From positions 1,664,001-1,728,000 of the forward strand of contig CBDCJO010000002.1 of NCBI GenBank assembly GCA_965217865.1: a stretch of DNA of 64,000 nt, written 5' to 3'. Below the pieces are notes generated by a model. That model was not told the origin of the DNA. It was given only the letters and a program-made list of their open reading frames with translations, and searched no databases. Below are positions 54,272 through 63,943 of the stretch, one piece after another; position 1 is the stretch's first letter; each line of letters begins with the position of its first letter. This stretch comes from Candidatus Latescibacterota bacterium. Lineage in GTDB: Bacteria; Latescibacterota; UBA2968; SICM01. Made by a program: the position numbers and the translations under genes.

Positions 54272-55408
54272 ATGAAACCTTTTGAATTCTCCCATGGACA
54301 AAGGGTGGTTTTCGGTGAGGATTCGCTTGATCAGTTGGGGGGCCTGGCGGGGGAACCCGGAGATCACGTGTTAATCGTCACGGATCCGGGGATTGTAGGT
54401 GCCGGTATCGTGGAAAGGGCCGTCACCACGCTGGAGAAGGCCTCTCTGATACCGATCGTTTTTAAAGACGTTCGGGAAAATCCGACCACCCGAAACGTCG
54501 ATGAAGGGGTCCGGTTCGCGAAGGATCAGGAGAAGATCGATTTGATCATCGGGCTGGGGGGTGGGAGCGCGATGGACTGCGCCAAGGGAATCAACTTTGT
54601 GTTCACCAACGGCGGCCGGATGGAGGACTACTGGGGGGCGGACAAGGCGTCACTTCCGATGCTGCCATCGATCGGGATTCCCACGACGGCCGGGACCGGG
54701 AGCGAAGCCCAATCGTTCGCGTTGATCGCTCAGGAAAAGTCCCGTCAGAAAATGGCCTGCGGGGATCGGAAAGCCCGGTTTCGAACCGCGGTCCTGGATC
54801 CATCCCTGGTCAGATCTGCGCCCGAACACGTGGCTGCGGCTTCGGGGATGGATGCGATCTCGCACGCGGTCGAGAGTTATGTCAGCACAAAAAGGAATCC
54901 CTTTTCGCAAATGCTGGCTCGGGAATCGTGGAGGATCCTGGAGGGGAGCTTCGGGGAATTTTTGTCCGATCGGTCGAATCGCAAAGCGTGCAGCCAGATG
55001 CTTCTCGGTTCCCATCTGGCCGGAGCTTCCATCGAAAACTCAATGCTTGGGGCCGCGCACGCCTGTGCGAATCCTCTGACAGCCCGGTATGAGATACCTC
55101 ACGGTGTCGCAGTCGGAATGATGCTTCCGGGTGTGATTCAATTCAACAGTCAGGCTGAAGACCCCGAGGTCGGTGATCTCTATCTGGAATTACAGAATAT
55201 AAGGTCCAGAGACGGCTTATCCCTGGTGGATCAAATTCGAGAATTGAAGGCTGCGGCCGCCCAACCCGAAAGCCTGAGAGAACTCCGAGTCCGGGAAGCG
55301 GATCTGCCTGATCTAGCTCGGGAAGCGGCCGTTCAGGGGACCGGGAAATTCAATCCCCGACCGTTGGATGAATCGATACTGCTGGGTCTTTATGAGGACG
55401 CATATTGA
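54272..55408 (+). CDS. Iron-containing alcohol dehydrogenase
   Basis: GGGSAMD, PTTAGTGSE, DAISHAVES, AHACA, HG metal ligands, NPR. Confidence 0.93.
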   Translation: MKPFEFSHGQRVVFGEDSLDQLGGLAGEPGDHVLIVTDPGIVGAGIVERAVTTLEKASLIPIVFKDVRENPTTRNVDEGVRFAKDQEKIDLIIGLGGGSAMDCAKGINFVFTNGGRMEDYWGADKASLPMLPSIGIPTTAGTGSEAQSFALIAQEKSRQKMACGDRKARFRTAVLDPSLVRSAPEHVAAASGMDAISHAVESYVSTKRNPFSQMLARESWRILEGSFGEFLSDRSNRKACSQMLLGSHLAGASIENSMLGAAHACANPLTARYEIPHGVAVGMMLPGVIQFNSQAEDPEVGDLYLELQNIRSRDGLSLVDQIRELKAAAAQPESLRELRVREADLPDLAREAAVQGTGKFNPRPLDESILLGLYEDAY

Positions 55409-55495
55409 CGATGGACAGTGGTCAGAACGTCAGACGTGAAACGTGAAACGGAAATCGGGGGTCGGAGGTCAGAGGTCGGGGGATAATTAAATCGA

Positions 55496-56626
55496 GTGTC
55501 ACAAATGAATATTCCACTTGCGTGGGTTCTGATTATTCTCCTATTCCACAGCCAGGTCCTTTATGCGCAGGACAACTGGATCAGTTTTCGGGGGGATCGT
55601 CATCTGACCGGGGTCGCCTCGGGGAGCTTTCCCGAAAATCCCCAGCTTCTCTGGACATTTCAGACCGAAGACGGTATCGAATCAACGGCAGCCATCTATT
55701 CCGGAACGGTCTACTCCTGTTCACTGGACGGATACCTGTATGCCATCGACCTTCAAGATGGGAAATTGGTTTGGAAGTATAAGGCGGGGAATGAGATCAA
55801 GTCCTCACCTTCCGTCTTTAATGGGACGGTCTTCTTCGGAGATGAGGCCGGAAAACTCCACGCGGTCGATGCTGGCACGGGAAAATCACGCTGGATTTTT
55901 CGCACGGGTTCAGGGATTATTTCATCCGCAAACTTCGTTTCAGGACACGTCCTGTTTGGGTCCTACGATCAACATCTTTACTGTCTTTCGGGTGAGGGAA
56001 CTCTGATCTGGAAATTCGAGACAGAGGGTTATCTTCACGGGACGCCGGCGGTTGTGGATGACCGCATGGGAAAGGGGGAGGCGACTCTGGTTGCGGGTTG
56101 CGACGGATTTTTGCGGGTCATCGGGATCCGCGACGGCGCGGAGAAGAAAAAGATCTCCCTTGGTTCCTACGTAGGGGCCAGCCCCGCTGTTTTTAACGGT
56201 ATGGCGTTTGTGGGCAACTTTGACAATGAGGTTCTGGGAATCGACCTCGATGAGGCGGCGATCCGGTGGCGCTACGAACCAGAAAAAAACAAATTCCCGT
56301 TTTACGCTTCGGCCGCAGTGACGAATGGCTGGCTTATTGTGGGTGGGCGGGATAAAAGGGTTCATGCACTTGACCCGCAGACCGGTCAACTGCGATGGAT
56401 ATCAGAACTAAAATCACGGATCGACTCGTCTCCGGTGATTCTGGGTGACCGGGTATTTTTCGGAACGTCGGGGGGGGGTATTTACGGGCTGGATCTCAAC
56501 ACCGGGGAACCGGTCTGGCATTTTATCACGGGTTCACCCATGGTTGCCTCTCCGTGCATCGCAGGCGGAAGGCTCATCGTTGGGTCGGTTGATGGAGTCC
56601 TTTATTGTTTTGGAGCGAAATCGTGA
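55496..56626 (+). CDS. Exported PQQ-like (BamB-type) beta-propeller protein
   Basis: Signal peptide YA|Q, W.SFRGD..LTG, about eight SSP...V.FG...G.L.A.D...G...W blades. Confidence 0.87.
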   Translation: MSQMNIPLAWVLIILLFHSQVLYAQDNWISFRGDRHLTGVASGSFPENPQLLWTFQTEDGIESTAAIYSGTVYSCSLDGYLYAIDLQDGKLVWKYKAGNEIKSSPSVFNGTVFFGDEAGKLHAVDAGTGKSRWIFRTGSGIISSANFVSGHVLFGSYDQHLYCLSGEGTLIWKFETEGYLHGTPAVVDDRMGKGEATLVAGCDGFLRVIGIRDGAEKKKISLGSYVGASPAVFNGMAFVGNFDNEVLGIDLDEAAIRWRYEPEKNKFPFYASAAVTNGWLIVGGRDKRVHALDPQTGQLRWISELKSRIDSSPVILGDRVFFGTSGGGIYGLDLNTGEPVWHFITGSPMVASPCIAGGRLIVGSVDGVLYCFGAKS

Positions 56627-56630
56627 GGTT

Positions 56631-57983
56631 ATGGTCAATCGTTTGAAGGCAACTTCGCCGGAACCCGCCACCACTCACGAAACACTAGGCGAGACAGGGG
56701 TGGGGAGCGTCTTTGTCTCGAACTACCCGCCATATTCATTCTGGGACGGGGAAACCGTCCCGAAGGCGATCGAGGGTCCGAGTAAGCCTTCGGCCATTGA
56801 TTCGTCCCTGGGACTATACCTGCACATTCCATTCTGTAGAAAACGATGTAAGTTCTGTTATTTCAGGGTATACACAGACAAGAACAGTTCCGAGATCCGG
56901 GTTTACACGGATGCCCTGGCTCGGGAGGTTGAAATTTTCAGTGAGCAGCCCGGGATTTCGGATCGTCCCCTGAGGTTCGTCTATTTCGGGGGAGGCACCC
57001 CTTCCTATATCAGCGCAAGACATCTCAGGGGTCTGGTGGGCCGGCTCAGGGGAGCCCTTCCGTGGGATAAGGCTGAAGAGATCGCTTTCGAATGCGAACC
57101 GGGCACATTGACGAAGACCAAATTGGAGGCCATTAAAGATATCGGCGTTACGAGGCTGAGCCTGGGGATCGAAAACCTGAATGATTCTATTTTAAAGGAG
57201 AATGGGAGGGCCCATCTATCCCAAGAGGTTTTTGAAGTCTCTCCGTGGATCAGGGATCTGGAATTCGATCAGGTGAATGTGGATCTGATCGCCGGAATGG
57301 CGGGGGAGCAATGGTCAAGCTGGCGTGATACTGTGCGGAAGACGATCGACCTTGACCCGGACAGCGTGACGATCTATCAGATGGAATTGCCGTATAACAC
57401 CGTCTATTCAAAGGCCCTTTTCTCCGGGGAAGGAGAAGTCCAGGGTTTTGCCGACTGGGATACCAAGCGGGAATGGCATGCCTATGCGTTCGATGAACTA
57501 TCCAACGCGGGATATGAGATTTCCAGCGCCTACACGATGGTCAAAAAAGGAAGGCCGGGTCATTTTGTTTACCGGGATGCGGTCTGGGGTGGAAACGACA
57601 TGATCGGGGCCGGGGTCGCTTCATTTTCCTATATCGGCGGCCTTCACTTACAGAATTATTCCGGTTGGGATGAGTATTTGAGCGCCCTTGGCGAGAATCG
57701 ATTGCCTCTGGATCGGGCTTTCGAAACCACAGAGATGGAACGCCTCACACGGGAGATGATCCTCCAGTTGAAACTCGGGAGGCTCGAGTCCGAGTATTTT
57801 TCCCGGAAGTTTCGGTCGGATATTTTTGAAGTCTTCGGACCGGCATTTCGGAAGCTTCAGGCGGAAGATATGCTGACGTTTGAAGACGGTGTGGTTAATC
57901 TTACGCGGAAAGGGTTGCTTCAAGTGGATCAGCTTTTGCCTGAGTTCTACGATCCAAAGTATCAAAAGGCCAGGTATACGTAG
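56631..57983 (+). CDS. HemN/class C-like radical SAM enzyme
   Basis: SNYPP, LYLHIPFCRKRCKFC (CxxxCxxC), YFGGGTPS, ECEP, RLSLG, NVDLIAG, HemN-type C-terminal LTRKG. Confidence 0.88.
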   Translation: MVNRLKATSPEPATTHETLGETGVGSVFVSNYPPYSFWDGETVPKAIEGPSKPSAIDSSLGLYLHIPFCRKRCKFCYFRVYTDKNSSEIRVYTDALAREVEIFSEQPGISDRPLRFVYFGGGTPSYISARHLRGLVGRLRGALPWDKAEEIAFECEPGTLTKTKLEAIKDIGVTRLSLGIENLNDSILKENGRAHLSQEVFEVSPWIRDLEFDQVNVDLIAGMAGEQWSSWRDTVRKTIDLDPDSVTIYQMELPYNTVYSKALFSGEGEVQGFADWDTKREWHAYAFDELSNAGYEISSAYTMVKKGRPGHFVYRDAVWGGNDMIGAGVASFSYIGGLHLQNYSGWDEYLSALGENRLPLDRAFETTEMERLTREMILQLKLGRLESEYFSRKFRSDIFEVFGPAFRKLQAEDMLTFEDGVVNLTRKGLLQVDQLLPEFYDPKYQKARYT

Positions 57984-57994
57984 CGAAGAGATGC

Positions 57995-58178
57995 CAGAGG
58001 AAATTGAAGATTGAAGAATGAAAATTGGAGATTCAGCTGAGCCAGTAGCAGTTGGCAGTAGCAGGAAAAAGCGAAGGCAATAACGGAGTAACGAGGAGAG
58101 CGTGGGAAGGTGAAGATTGAATATCGATAATTTAAGATTGAAGAGAGTTGTTCAAATATTCAATATTCAATATTCAAT
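57995..58178 (+). repeat. Composite array plus TTGAAGA...ATATTCA inverted-arm mini-element
   Basis: tgaagattgaatatcgataatttaagattgaagagagttgttcaaatattcaatattcaatattcaat at 58111-58178. Confidence 0.78.
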
Positions 58179-58196
58179 CAAGTTGGGGAGCGCTTT

Positions 58197-59480
58197 ATGA
58201 GATGGTGTAATCGGGTTTGCTTGCCAATCGGGATTTTTATGGTGTCAAGTCTGACTTTTGGGTTGAAGCCCGGGTGTGCCTCCGACCAGGATTCGACGGA
58301 TTGGGCGCAATGGCTCGGGCCAAATCGAAATGGTGTCTCCGACGAGACGGGGCTGCTCAGGAGTTGGCCGGATGCTGGACCGGGTGTTCTCTGGCGGATC
58401 CGGGGAGGCGAGGGGTTTTCGGGCATCTCGATCTCTCAAGGCCTGGCTTATACCATGTATGGCCGAGGTGACGATGAGTTTGTGGTTTGCCTGAATGCAT
58501 CGACCGGGGATGAGGTCTGGCGTTTTCGAAGCGACTCCAATTTATTCGAGCCTCAGGGGGGGAACGGTCCTCGTTCAACCCCGGCGGTGGATGGGGACCG
58601 GGTCTTTGTCCTGAGTGCAAACGGCAAGCTCTATGGTTTGAACGCCAGGACCGGGGCAAAGTTATGGGAGCACGATTTCGTGAAGCGATTCGGGAGCAGA
58701 CGGCCGAGATGGGGTTTCTGTTCGTCGCCGCTGGTGGAGGGAGATCTCGTTATGATTGAAGCGGGGGGAACCCGTGGAAATTCCCTCCTGGCCTTCGATA
58801 AGGCCAATGGACGGCTTGTCTGGTCCTCCCAGAGAGACAAGCCCGGATATTCATCGCCGGTCGCGATCACGGCGGCCGGGGTTCGGCAGGTCCTTTTCTT
58901 CACCGCAGGGGGTCTTGTCTCGGTTTCACCGAAGGACGGAAGGCCGTTCTGGCGTTATGCCTGGTCGACAAGCTATGACGTCAATGCGGCCACCCCCATA
59001 TTTATCCCTCCTGACAAAGTTTTTATCTCCTCGGGTTATGGAACGGGTGCAGCGGTTTTACAAATAAAAGAGGCCGGGGCAGGAATCCGGGTGGCGCAGG
59101 TCTGGAAAAACCGTGAGATGAAGAACCATTTTCCATCCTCGGTTCTGAACGGGAACTACCTCTACGGATTCGATAATGCGATTTTAAAATGCATCGATGC
59201 CCGAACCGGAGAAGCCGTGTGGCGATATCGAGGATTTGGAAAAGGGACCGCGATTTTCGCGGATGGTCATCTGATTGTCCTGGGAGAGCAGGGGAACCTG
59301 GGGCTGGTCGAAGCGACACCTTCGGGAATTCACGTTAAGGCGGAAGCCCGGGCCATGAATGGTAGGTGCTGGACGGTTCCCACACTGGCGGGAGGCCGTC
59401 TCTATGTGCGGAACGAAAAGGAGATTGCCTGTCTGGATTTAAAAGCAGAGGTCAGGGGTCGGAGTTCAGGGGTAAGGTAA
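58197..59480 (+). CDS. Exported PQQ-like beta-propeller protein
   Basis: DWAQWLGPNRNG, GPRSTP, SSPLV, GYSSP, repeated TG...W blades, WTVPTLAGGRLYVR. Confidence 0.87.
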   Translation: MRWCNRVCLPIGIFMVSSLTFGLKPGCASDQDSTDWAQWLGPNRNGVSDETGLLRSWPDAGPGVLWRIRGGEGFSGISISQGLAYTMYGRGDDEFVVCLNASTGDEVWRFRSDSNLFEPQGGNGPRSTPAVDGDRVFVLSANGKLYGLNARTGAKLWEHDFVKRFGSRRPRWGFCSSPLVEGDLVMIEAGGTRGNSLLAFDKANGRLVWSSQRDKPGYSSPVAITAAGVRQVLFFTAGGLVSVSPKDGRPFWRYAWSTSYDVNAATPIFIPPDKVFISSGYGTGAAVLQIKEAGAGIRVAQVWKNREMKNHFPSSVLNGNYLYGFDNAILKCIDARTGEAVWRYRGFGKGTAIFADGHLIVLGEQGNLGLVEATPSGIHVKAEARAMNGRCWTVPTLAGGRLYVRNEKEIACLDLKAEVRGRSSGVR

Positions 59481-59569
59481 AAGAAAAACCGAGAAAGGTC
59501 AGACGTCAGACGTGAGACGGGGAGAAGCAGTAACAGTGGCAGGTGGCAGTGGCAGGAAAGGAAAGAATT

Positions 59570-60742
59570 ATGTTGAAATTACAAATGTCGATTCTCGGAT
59601 TGATAGGGATTTCCCTTATTCTTCCGGGTCCCGGTCTGAGCCAACCGATCCGGGGAGAGGTCCCGCAGAATGTGGAGGATATATTCCTACCAGAGGTCGA
59701 AGGGGTCACAGTGGAGACCTGGGTTGAGAACCTTGAGATCCCCTGGTCGCTTGTTTTTCTCCCAAACGGCGACGCCCTAGTGGCTGAGCGGCCCGGCCGA
59801 ATCCAGAGGATACCCCAAGGCGAAAACAGTCCAGAGCTTTACGCGGAGATCGAGGTCGCCGCAAGGGGGGACGCGGGTCTGATGGGAATCGCCCTGCATC
59901 CGGATTTCGACAAACAGCCTTATCTGTATGCCATGACCAGTTATGCAGACGGGGAAAAGCTCTACACACGTATCATTCGTCTGAAACACGAGGGGGATGA
60001 GGGACTTTTCGACCGCATCATATTCGGGCCTATACCGGGCCACAAATATCACATAGGTGGCAGGATTGGTTTCGGACCGGACGGGATGCTCTATGTGGGC
60101 ACGGGGGATCTCTTCCAGCCAAACACAGCACAGGATCTGGAATTACTGACGGGAAAGATCCTTCGAATCACCCCGGAGGGGGATATTCCGGAGGACAATC
60201 CCTTCCCGGGTTCGGCAATCTATTCGTATGGCAATCGTGTTGTTCAGGGATTGGCCTGGCATCCGGGGACCGGCGACCTTTTCAATACGGAACACGGTCC
60301 GTCGGGCGAACTCCCCGGGGCAAAGTACCGCGACGAGATCAACGTGATTGAAAAGGGGGGGAACTACGGTTGGCCGATCGTCGTTGGTGCGCCGGGAATG
60401 CCGGACTACCGGGATCCGATCGTCATGTGGAAAAAAGCGGCTGTTCCCCCCGCCGGAATGACGTTTTTCCAAGGGGATCTCTTCGTCGCCACACTGGGAA
60501 GCCAGGCCTTGATCCGGATCGGTTTCAAAGATGACGTCGAAGGCTATGAAATTGCGAAGATCGAAAGATGGTTTGCGCAGGACTATGGGAAAGGGACTTA
60601 TGGAAGGTTACGGGATGTTGCGGTCGGGCCGGACGGTAATCTCTACGTACTCACGAGTAACAGAGACGGTCGGGAGAAGCTCCGTCCAAATGATGATAAA
60701 ATCCTCCGTCTGAAGTTCAAGGACATTGAAACGGGAAACTGA
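59570..60742 (+). CDS. PQQ-dependent aldose/sorbosone dehydrogenase (GSDH, YliI-like)
   Basis: LEIPWSL.FLPNG, ERPGR, GLMGIALHPDF, HIGGRIGFGPDG, GKILR, EHGP, DEIN, GNYGWP, GRLRDV. Confidence 0.88.
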   Translation: MLKLQMSILGLIGISLILPGPGLSQPIRGEVPQNVEDIFLPEVEGVTVETWVENLEIPWSLVFLPNGDALVAERPGRIQRIPQGENSPELYAEIEVAARGDAGLMGIALHPDFDKQPYLYAMTSYADGEKLYTRIIRLKHEGDEGLFDRIIFGPIPGHKYHIGGRIGFGPDGMLYVGTGDLFQPNTAQDLELLTGKILRITPEGDIPEDNPFPGSAIYSYGNRVVQGLAWHPGTGDLFNTEHGPSGELPGAKYRDEINVIEKGGNYGWPIVVGAPGMPDYRDPIVMWKKAAVPPAGMTFFQGDLFVATLGSQALIRIGFKDDVEGYEIAKIERWFAQDYGKGTYGRLRDVAVGPDGNLYVLTSNRDGREKLRPNDDKILRLKFKDIETGN

Positions 60743-60754
60743 GGAGAAAGTTAT

Positions 60755-61640
60755 ATGGCTACAGATTTGCCGACAAGGGTCCTCGGGTGTACGGGATTGG
60801 AGGTGACACAGCTCGGGTTCGGGGGGGTGGAGGTCGGGAATTTCAACAGGGACATCGGCGATGATCAGGCGGGAAGGGTGCTCAATGCTGTCCTCGATTC
60901 GGGCATCAATTTTCTAGACACCGCCCCGGACTACGGCCTGAGCGAGGAGCGGATCGGCGCGACCGTCAGCCATCGCCGCGATTCATTCTACCTTGCGACC
61001 AAGTGCGGCTGCAACATCGACCCGTACGGGGTCGAGCAGGAACCCAAGCACCTGTGGACAGGCGATCTGCTTCGCAAGAACATCGAACAGAGCCTGAGGC
61101 GTATGAAGACGGATTATGTTGATCTACTTCAGATGCATAACCCCTCAGTGGAGGCAGTTGAAAGTGGGGGGCTCGTAGAAGCCCTCAATGAGATCCGAGC
61201 GTCCGGGAAAACCCGTTTCATCGGTGTTTCTTCCACGGCTCCGCATCTTTTGGAATTCGTCCGGATGGGTGTTTTCGACACATTCCAGATCCCGTACTCC
61301 GCCCTGGAACGCAGGCACGAAGGGATGATCCAGGAGGCTGCTGATGCAGGCGCAGGTATCATCATTCGAGGCGGCATTGCCCGGGGCCACCTGGGGGGGG
61401 GACCGCTGGGCCAAATGCGATGGTGCCCAGCTGACGGACCTGCTCGACGGGATGAGCCGGTACGAATTCGTGCTGCGTTTCACGCTCACTCATCCCGCCT
61501 GCCACACCACCATCGTGGGCACGGCCGACCTGGAACATCTCCAATCTAATAAAGCCGCCGCTCAGGCGGGTCCTCTTCCACCGGATGTGTACGAGCAGGC
61601 AAAGGAGCGGTTGGATCAAATCGGGGAGAGACCGGAGTGA
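60755..61640 (+). pseudogene. Aldo/keto reductase frameshifted at a G9 tract (61393-61401)
   Basis: LDTAPDYG, ATKCG, DLLQMH and FIGVS in the first frame; LRFTL.HP...TTIVGT...GPLP in the second. G8 would restore a single ORF. Confidence 0.78.
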
Positions 61641-61820
61641 AAATGGAAAGTGCAAAATGCAGAATGGAAAAGTCAGGTGCCAGGGGTCGGAGGTCAGAGG
61701 TCAGGGAAAAGATAAACCGTGAGATGTGAGACGGAAAAAAGCAGTAGCAGTGGCAGTAGCAGGAAAAGCAAAGGCAGGGATCGGAGAAAAAGATAATCAA
61801 TGTGGCAGTCGTAGCAGGTA
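61638..61820 (+). repeat. Composite polar array (A-B-GTGAGAC-C)
   Basis: aaatggaaagtgcaaaatgcagaatggaaaagtcagg...gcagtagcagtggcagtagcagg. Confidence 0.85.
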
Positions 61821-61872
61821 TGGGAACCCTCCCAACACGGCAACGGCAAAGATTCTGCTGAAGGAGAAAAAA

Positions 61873-62727
61873 ATGGAAAAGCGGGCTTATGGTCGAAACG
61901 GGGATGAGCTGTCGATCGTCGGTTTTGGTGGAATTGTGGTCATGAAAACGGAGCCGGACGAGGCCAGCCGGCTGGTCGGGGAGGCGGTCGAGCGGGGGGT
62001 GAACTACTTCGACGTGGCTCCCGCGTATGGAAACGCCGAGTCGTGTCTGGGGCCAGCGCTGGAACCCTATCGGAAGGATGTGTTCCTTGCGTGCAAGACC
62101 GGAAAGAGGGATAAGGCCGGGGCTGAGGAACAGCTCCACAACTCCCTCAAGCTGCTCCGCACGGACCACTTTGATCTATACCAGCTTCACGCCATGACCA
62201 CCCAGGAGGACTTCGACCAGGCCGTTGGGCCCGGGGGAGCCCTCGAAGCCTTTGTCGAGGCCCGGGATAGGGGGAAGATTCGCCATATCGGGTTCTCCGC
62301 GCATTCCGTTGAGATCGCACTGGCCCTGCTGGACCAGTTCGCGTTCGATTCCGTCCTGTTTCCGATCAACTGGGTGGGCTATTTTGAAGCGGATTTCGGA
62401 CCTCAGGTCGTGGCGAGGGCTTCCGAAAAGGGGGCCAGCCGGCTTGCGTTGAAGGCGATGGCCTACGGCCTTCGGGAAGAGGGGGCGCCCAAGCGATATT
62501 CCAATTGCTGGTACGAGCCGATCGACGATCCGGAACTTGCCTCCCTGGCTCTGCGCTTCAGCCTCTCCCAACCGATTACGGCGGTTATTCCGCCGGGTGA
62601 TCCGGGACTATTCAAGATGGCACTGGATCTGGCCGAAAATTTTACGCCGATTACGCACGAGGAGACCGAGGAACTTCGTATAAGAGCGGAGGGGGGAAGA
62701 CCTTTGTTTAAGCTTTCGGCTGCATGA
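61873..62727 (+). CDS. Aldo/keto reductase
   Basis: FDVAPAYG, LACKT, DLYQLH, HIGFSAH; SD AAGGAG. Confidence 0.9.
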   Translation: MEKRAYGRNGDELSIVGFGGIVVMKTEPDEASRLVGEAVERGVNYFDVAPAYGNAESCLGPALEPYRKDVFLACKTGKRDKAGAEEQLHNSLKLLRTDHFDLYQLHAMTTQEDFDQAVGPGGALEAFVEARDRGKIRHIGFSAHSVEIALALLDQFAFDSVLFPINWVGYFEADFGPQVVARASEKGASRLALKAMAYGLREEGAPKRYSNCWYEPIDDPELASLALRFSLSQPITAVIPPGDPGLFKMALDLAENFTPITHEETEELRIRAEGGRPLFKLSAA

Positions 62728-62935
62728 AAATGGAAAATGAAAAAGTCAGTGGTCAGAGGTCGGAGGTCAGAGGTCAGGGAAAAGAAAAACCGTCAGTCGT
62801 AAGACGGAAGATCGAGAATCGGGTGTCAGGGGTCAGAAGTAGGGGAGGAAAGTGCAGAATGGAGAAGGCAAAAGTCAGGGGTCAGAGGTCGGGGATGGAA
62901 ATTGCAAAGTGAAAAATAAAAAAATGGAAATTACA
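62725..62935 (+). repeat. Nested composite polar array (A-B...B-A)
   Basis: Starts aaaatggaaaatgaaaaagtcag, ends aattgcaaagtgaaaaataaaaaaatggaaattac. Confidence 0.8.
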
Positions 62936-62958
62936 AACTGTTAGGCCAGGAGGGGTGT

Positions 62959-63921
62959 GTGTTTTATCGAAAGTTCGGAGACACGGACTTAGAAGTGTCC
63001 GAAATATGCTTTGGTCCGATGCGCTTCTCGGCCAAGGAGCAGGGGGATGACGAGAAGTCACGTACAGGGAAACGAGCTCTGGAGAGGGCTCTCGAACGAG
63101 GGGTCAATTTCATTCACTCCAGCTACGAATACGGTACCCGATGGGCAGTGGGCGAGGTTCTGAAGGACCACCCGAAGCGGAAAGAACTTCTTCATATCAT
63201 CAAGGTACCGGTTCCGGACTTCGACGATGGGGGGAAGTTCGATTCCGGCAAGTTCCGGTTACGGGTGGAAGAGGCCCTTCGGGATCTTCACACGGATCGG
63301 ATCGCAGTCCTTCAGCACCTGCAAAGGGCCAACCCGAACGCGGATGACCATCGGATTCCGAATATTGAGGCTGTTCACGGGCCCATGATGGAGGTCTTCG
63401 AGAGATTAAAAGAAGAGGGAAAGGTCTGTTACCTGACGACGTTTCCTTATTCGCCCGGATTTGCCTCAGCGGCTATGAAAACCGGAACTTTCAAAGGGAT
63501 GGTGGCTTACTACAACCTGATCGAGATAGAGATGGCGGAGTTTTTCTCAGGCATGCAAGCGAAAGGCCAGGGGTTCTTCTGCATTCGGCCCTTGATGGCC
63601 GGCTTGCTCACGGATCGACGGGCCGACCGGAGTCGGTTGTCAGAAGGTGATCGCATGCTGGCAGAAAGTTGGGGGCCGGCCTATGAAAGGTTGGAGATTT
63701 TAAAATCTGCTTTTGACGGGGACATCGGAGGGTGGACCCGGTTTGCGATCCAGTTTGCTTTGATACATCCGATCGTCACAAGTCTTATCGTGGGGCTGAA
63801 TACCCCTGAGCAGGTGGACGAGGTCCTGGATGCGGCCGATGGGAAATACCCGGATCTAAAGGTGTTCCACCAGGCCATGGAGGTGTATAGGACGCACGGG
63901 ATGGTTTCAGAGAATGGGTAA
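62959..63921 (+). CDS. Aldo/keto reductase (divergent)
   Basis: VSEICFG, HSSYEYG, IIKV, YNL, PLMAGLLT, HPIVTSLIVGLNTPEQV. Confidence 0.82.
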   Translation: MFYRKFGDTDLEVSEICFGPMRFSAKEQGDDEKSRTGKRALERALERGVNFIHSSYEYGTRWAVGEVLKDHPKRKELLHIIKVPVPDFDDGGKFDSGKFRLRVEEALRDLHTDRIAVLQHLQRANPNADDHRIPNIEAVHGPMMEVFERLKEEGKVCYLTTFPYSPGFASAAMKTGTFKGMVAYYNLIEIEMAEFFSGMQAKGQGFFCIRPLMAGLLTDRRADRSRLSEGDRMLAESWGPAYERLEILKSAFDGDIGGWTRFAIQFALIHPIVTSLIVGLNTPEQVDEVLDAADGKYPDLKVFHQAMEVYRTHGMVSENG

Positions 63922-63943
63922 GAGGAGGAAGGGGAGAAAAGCC

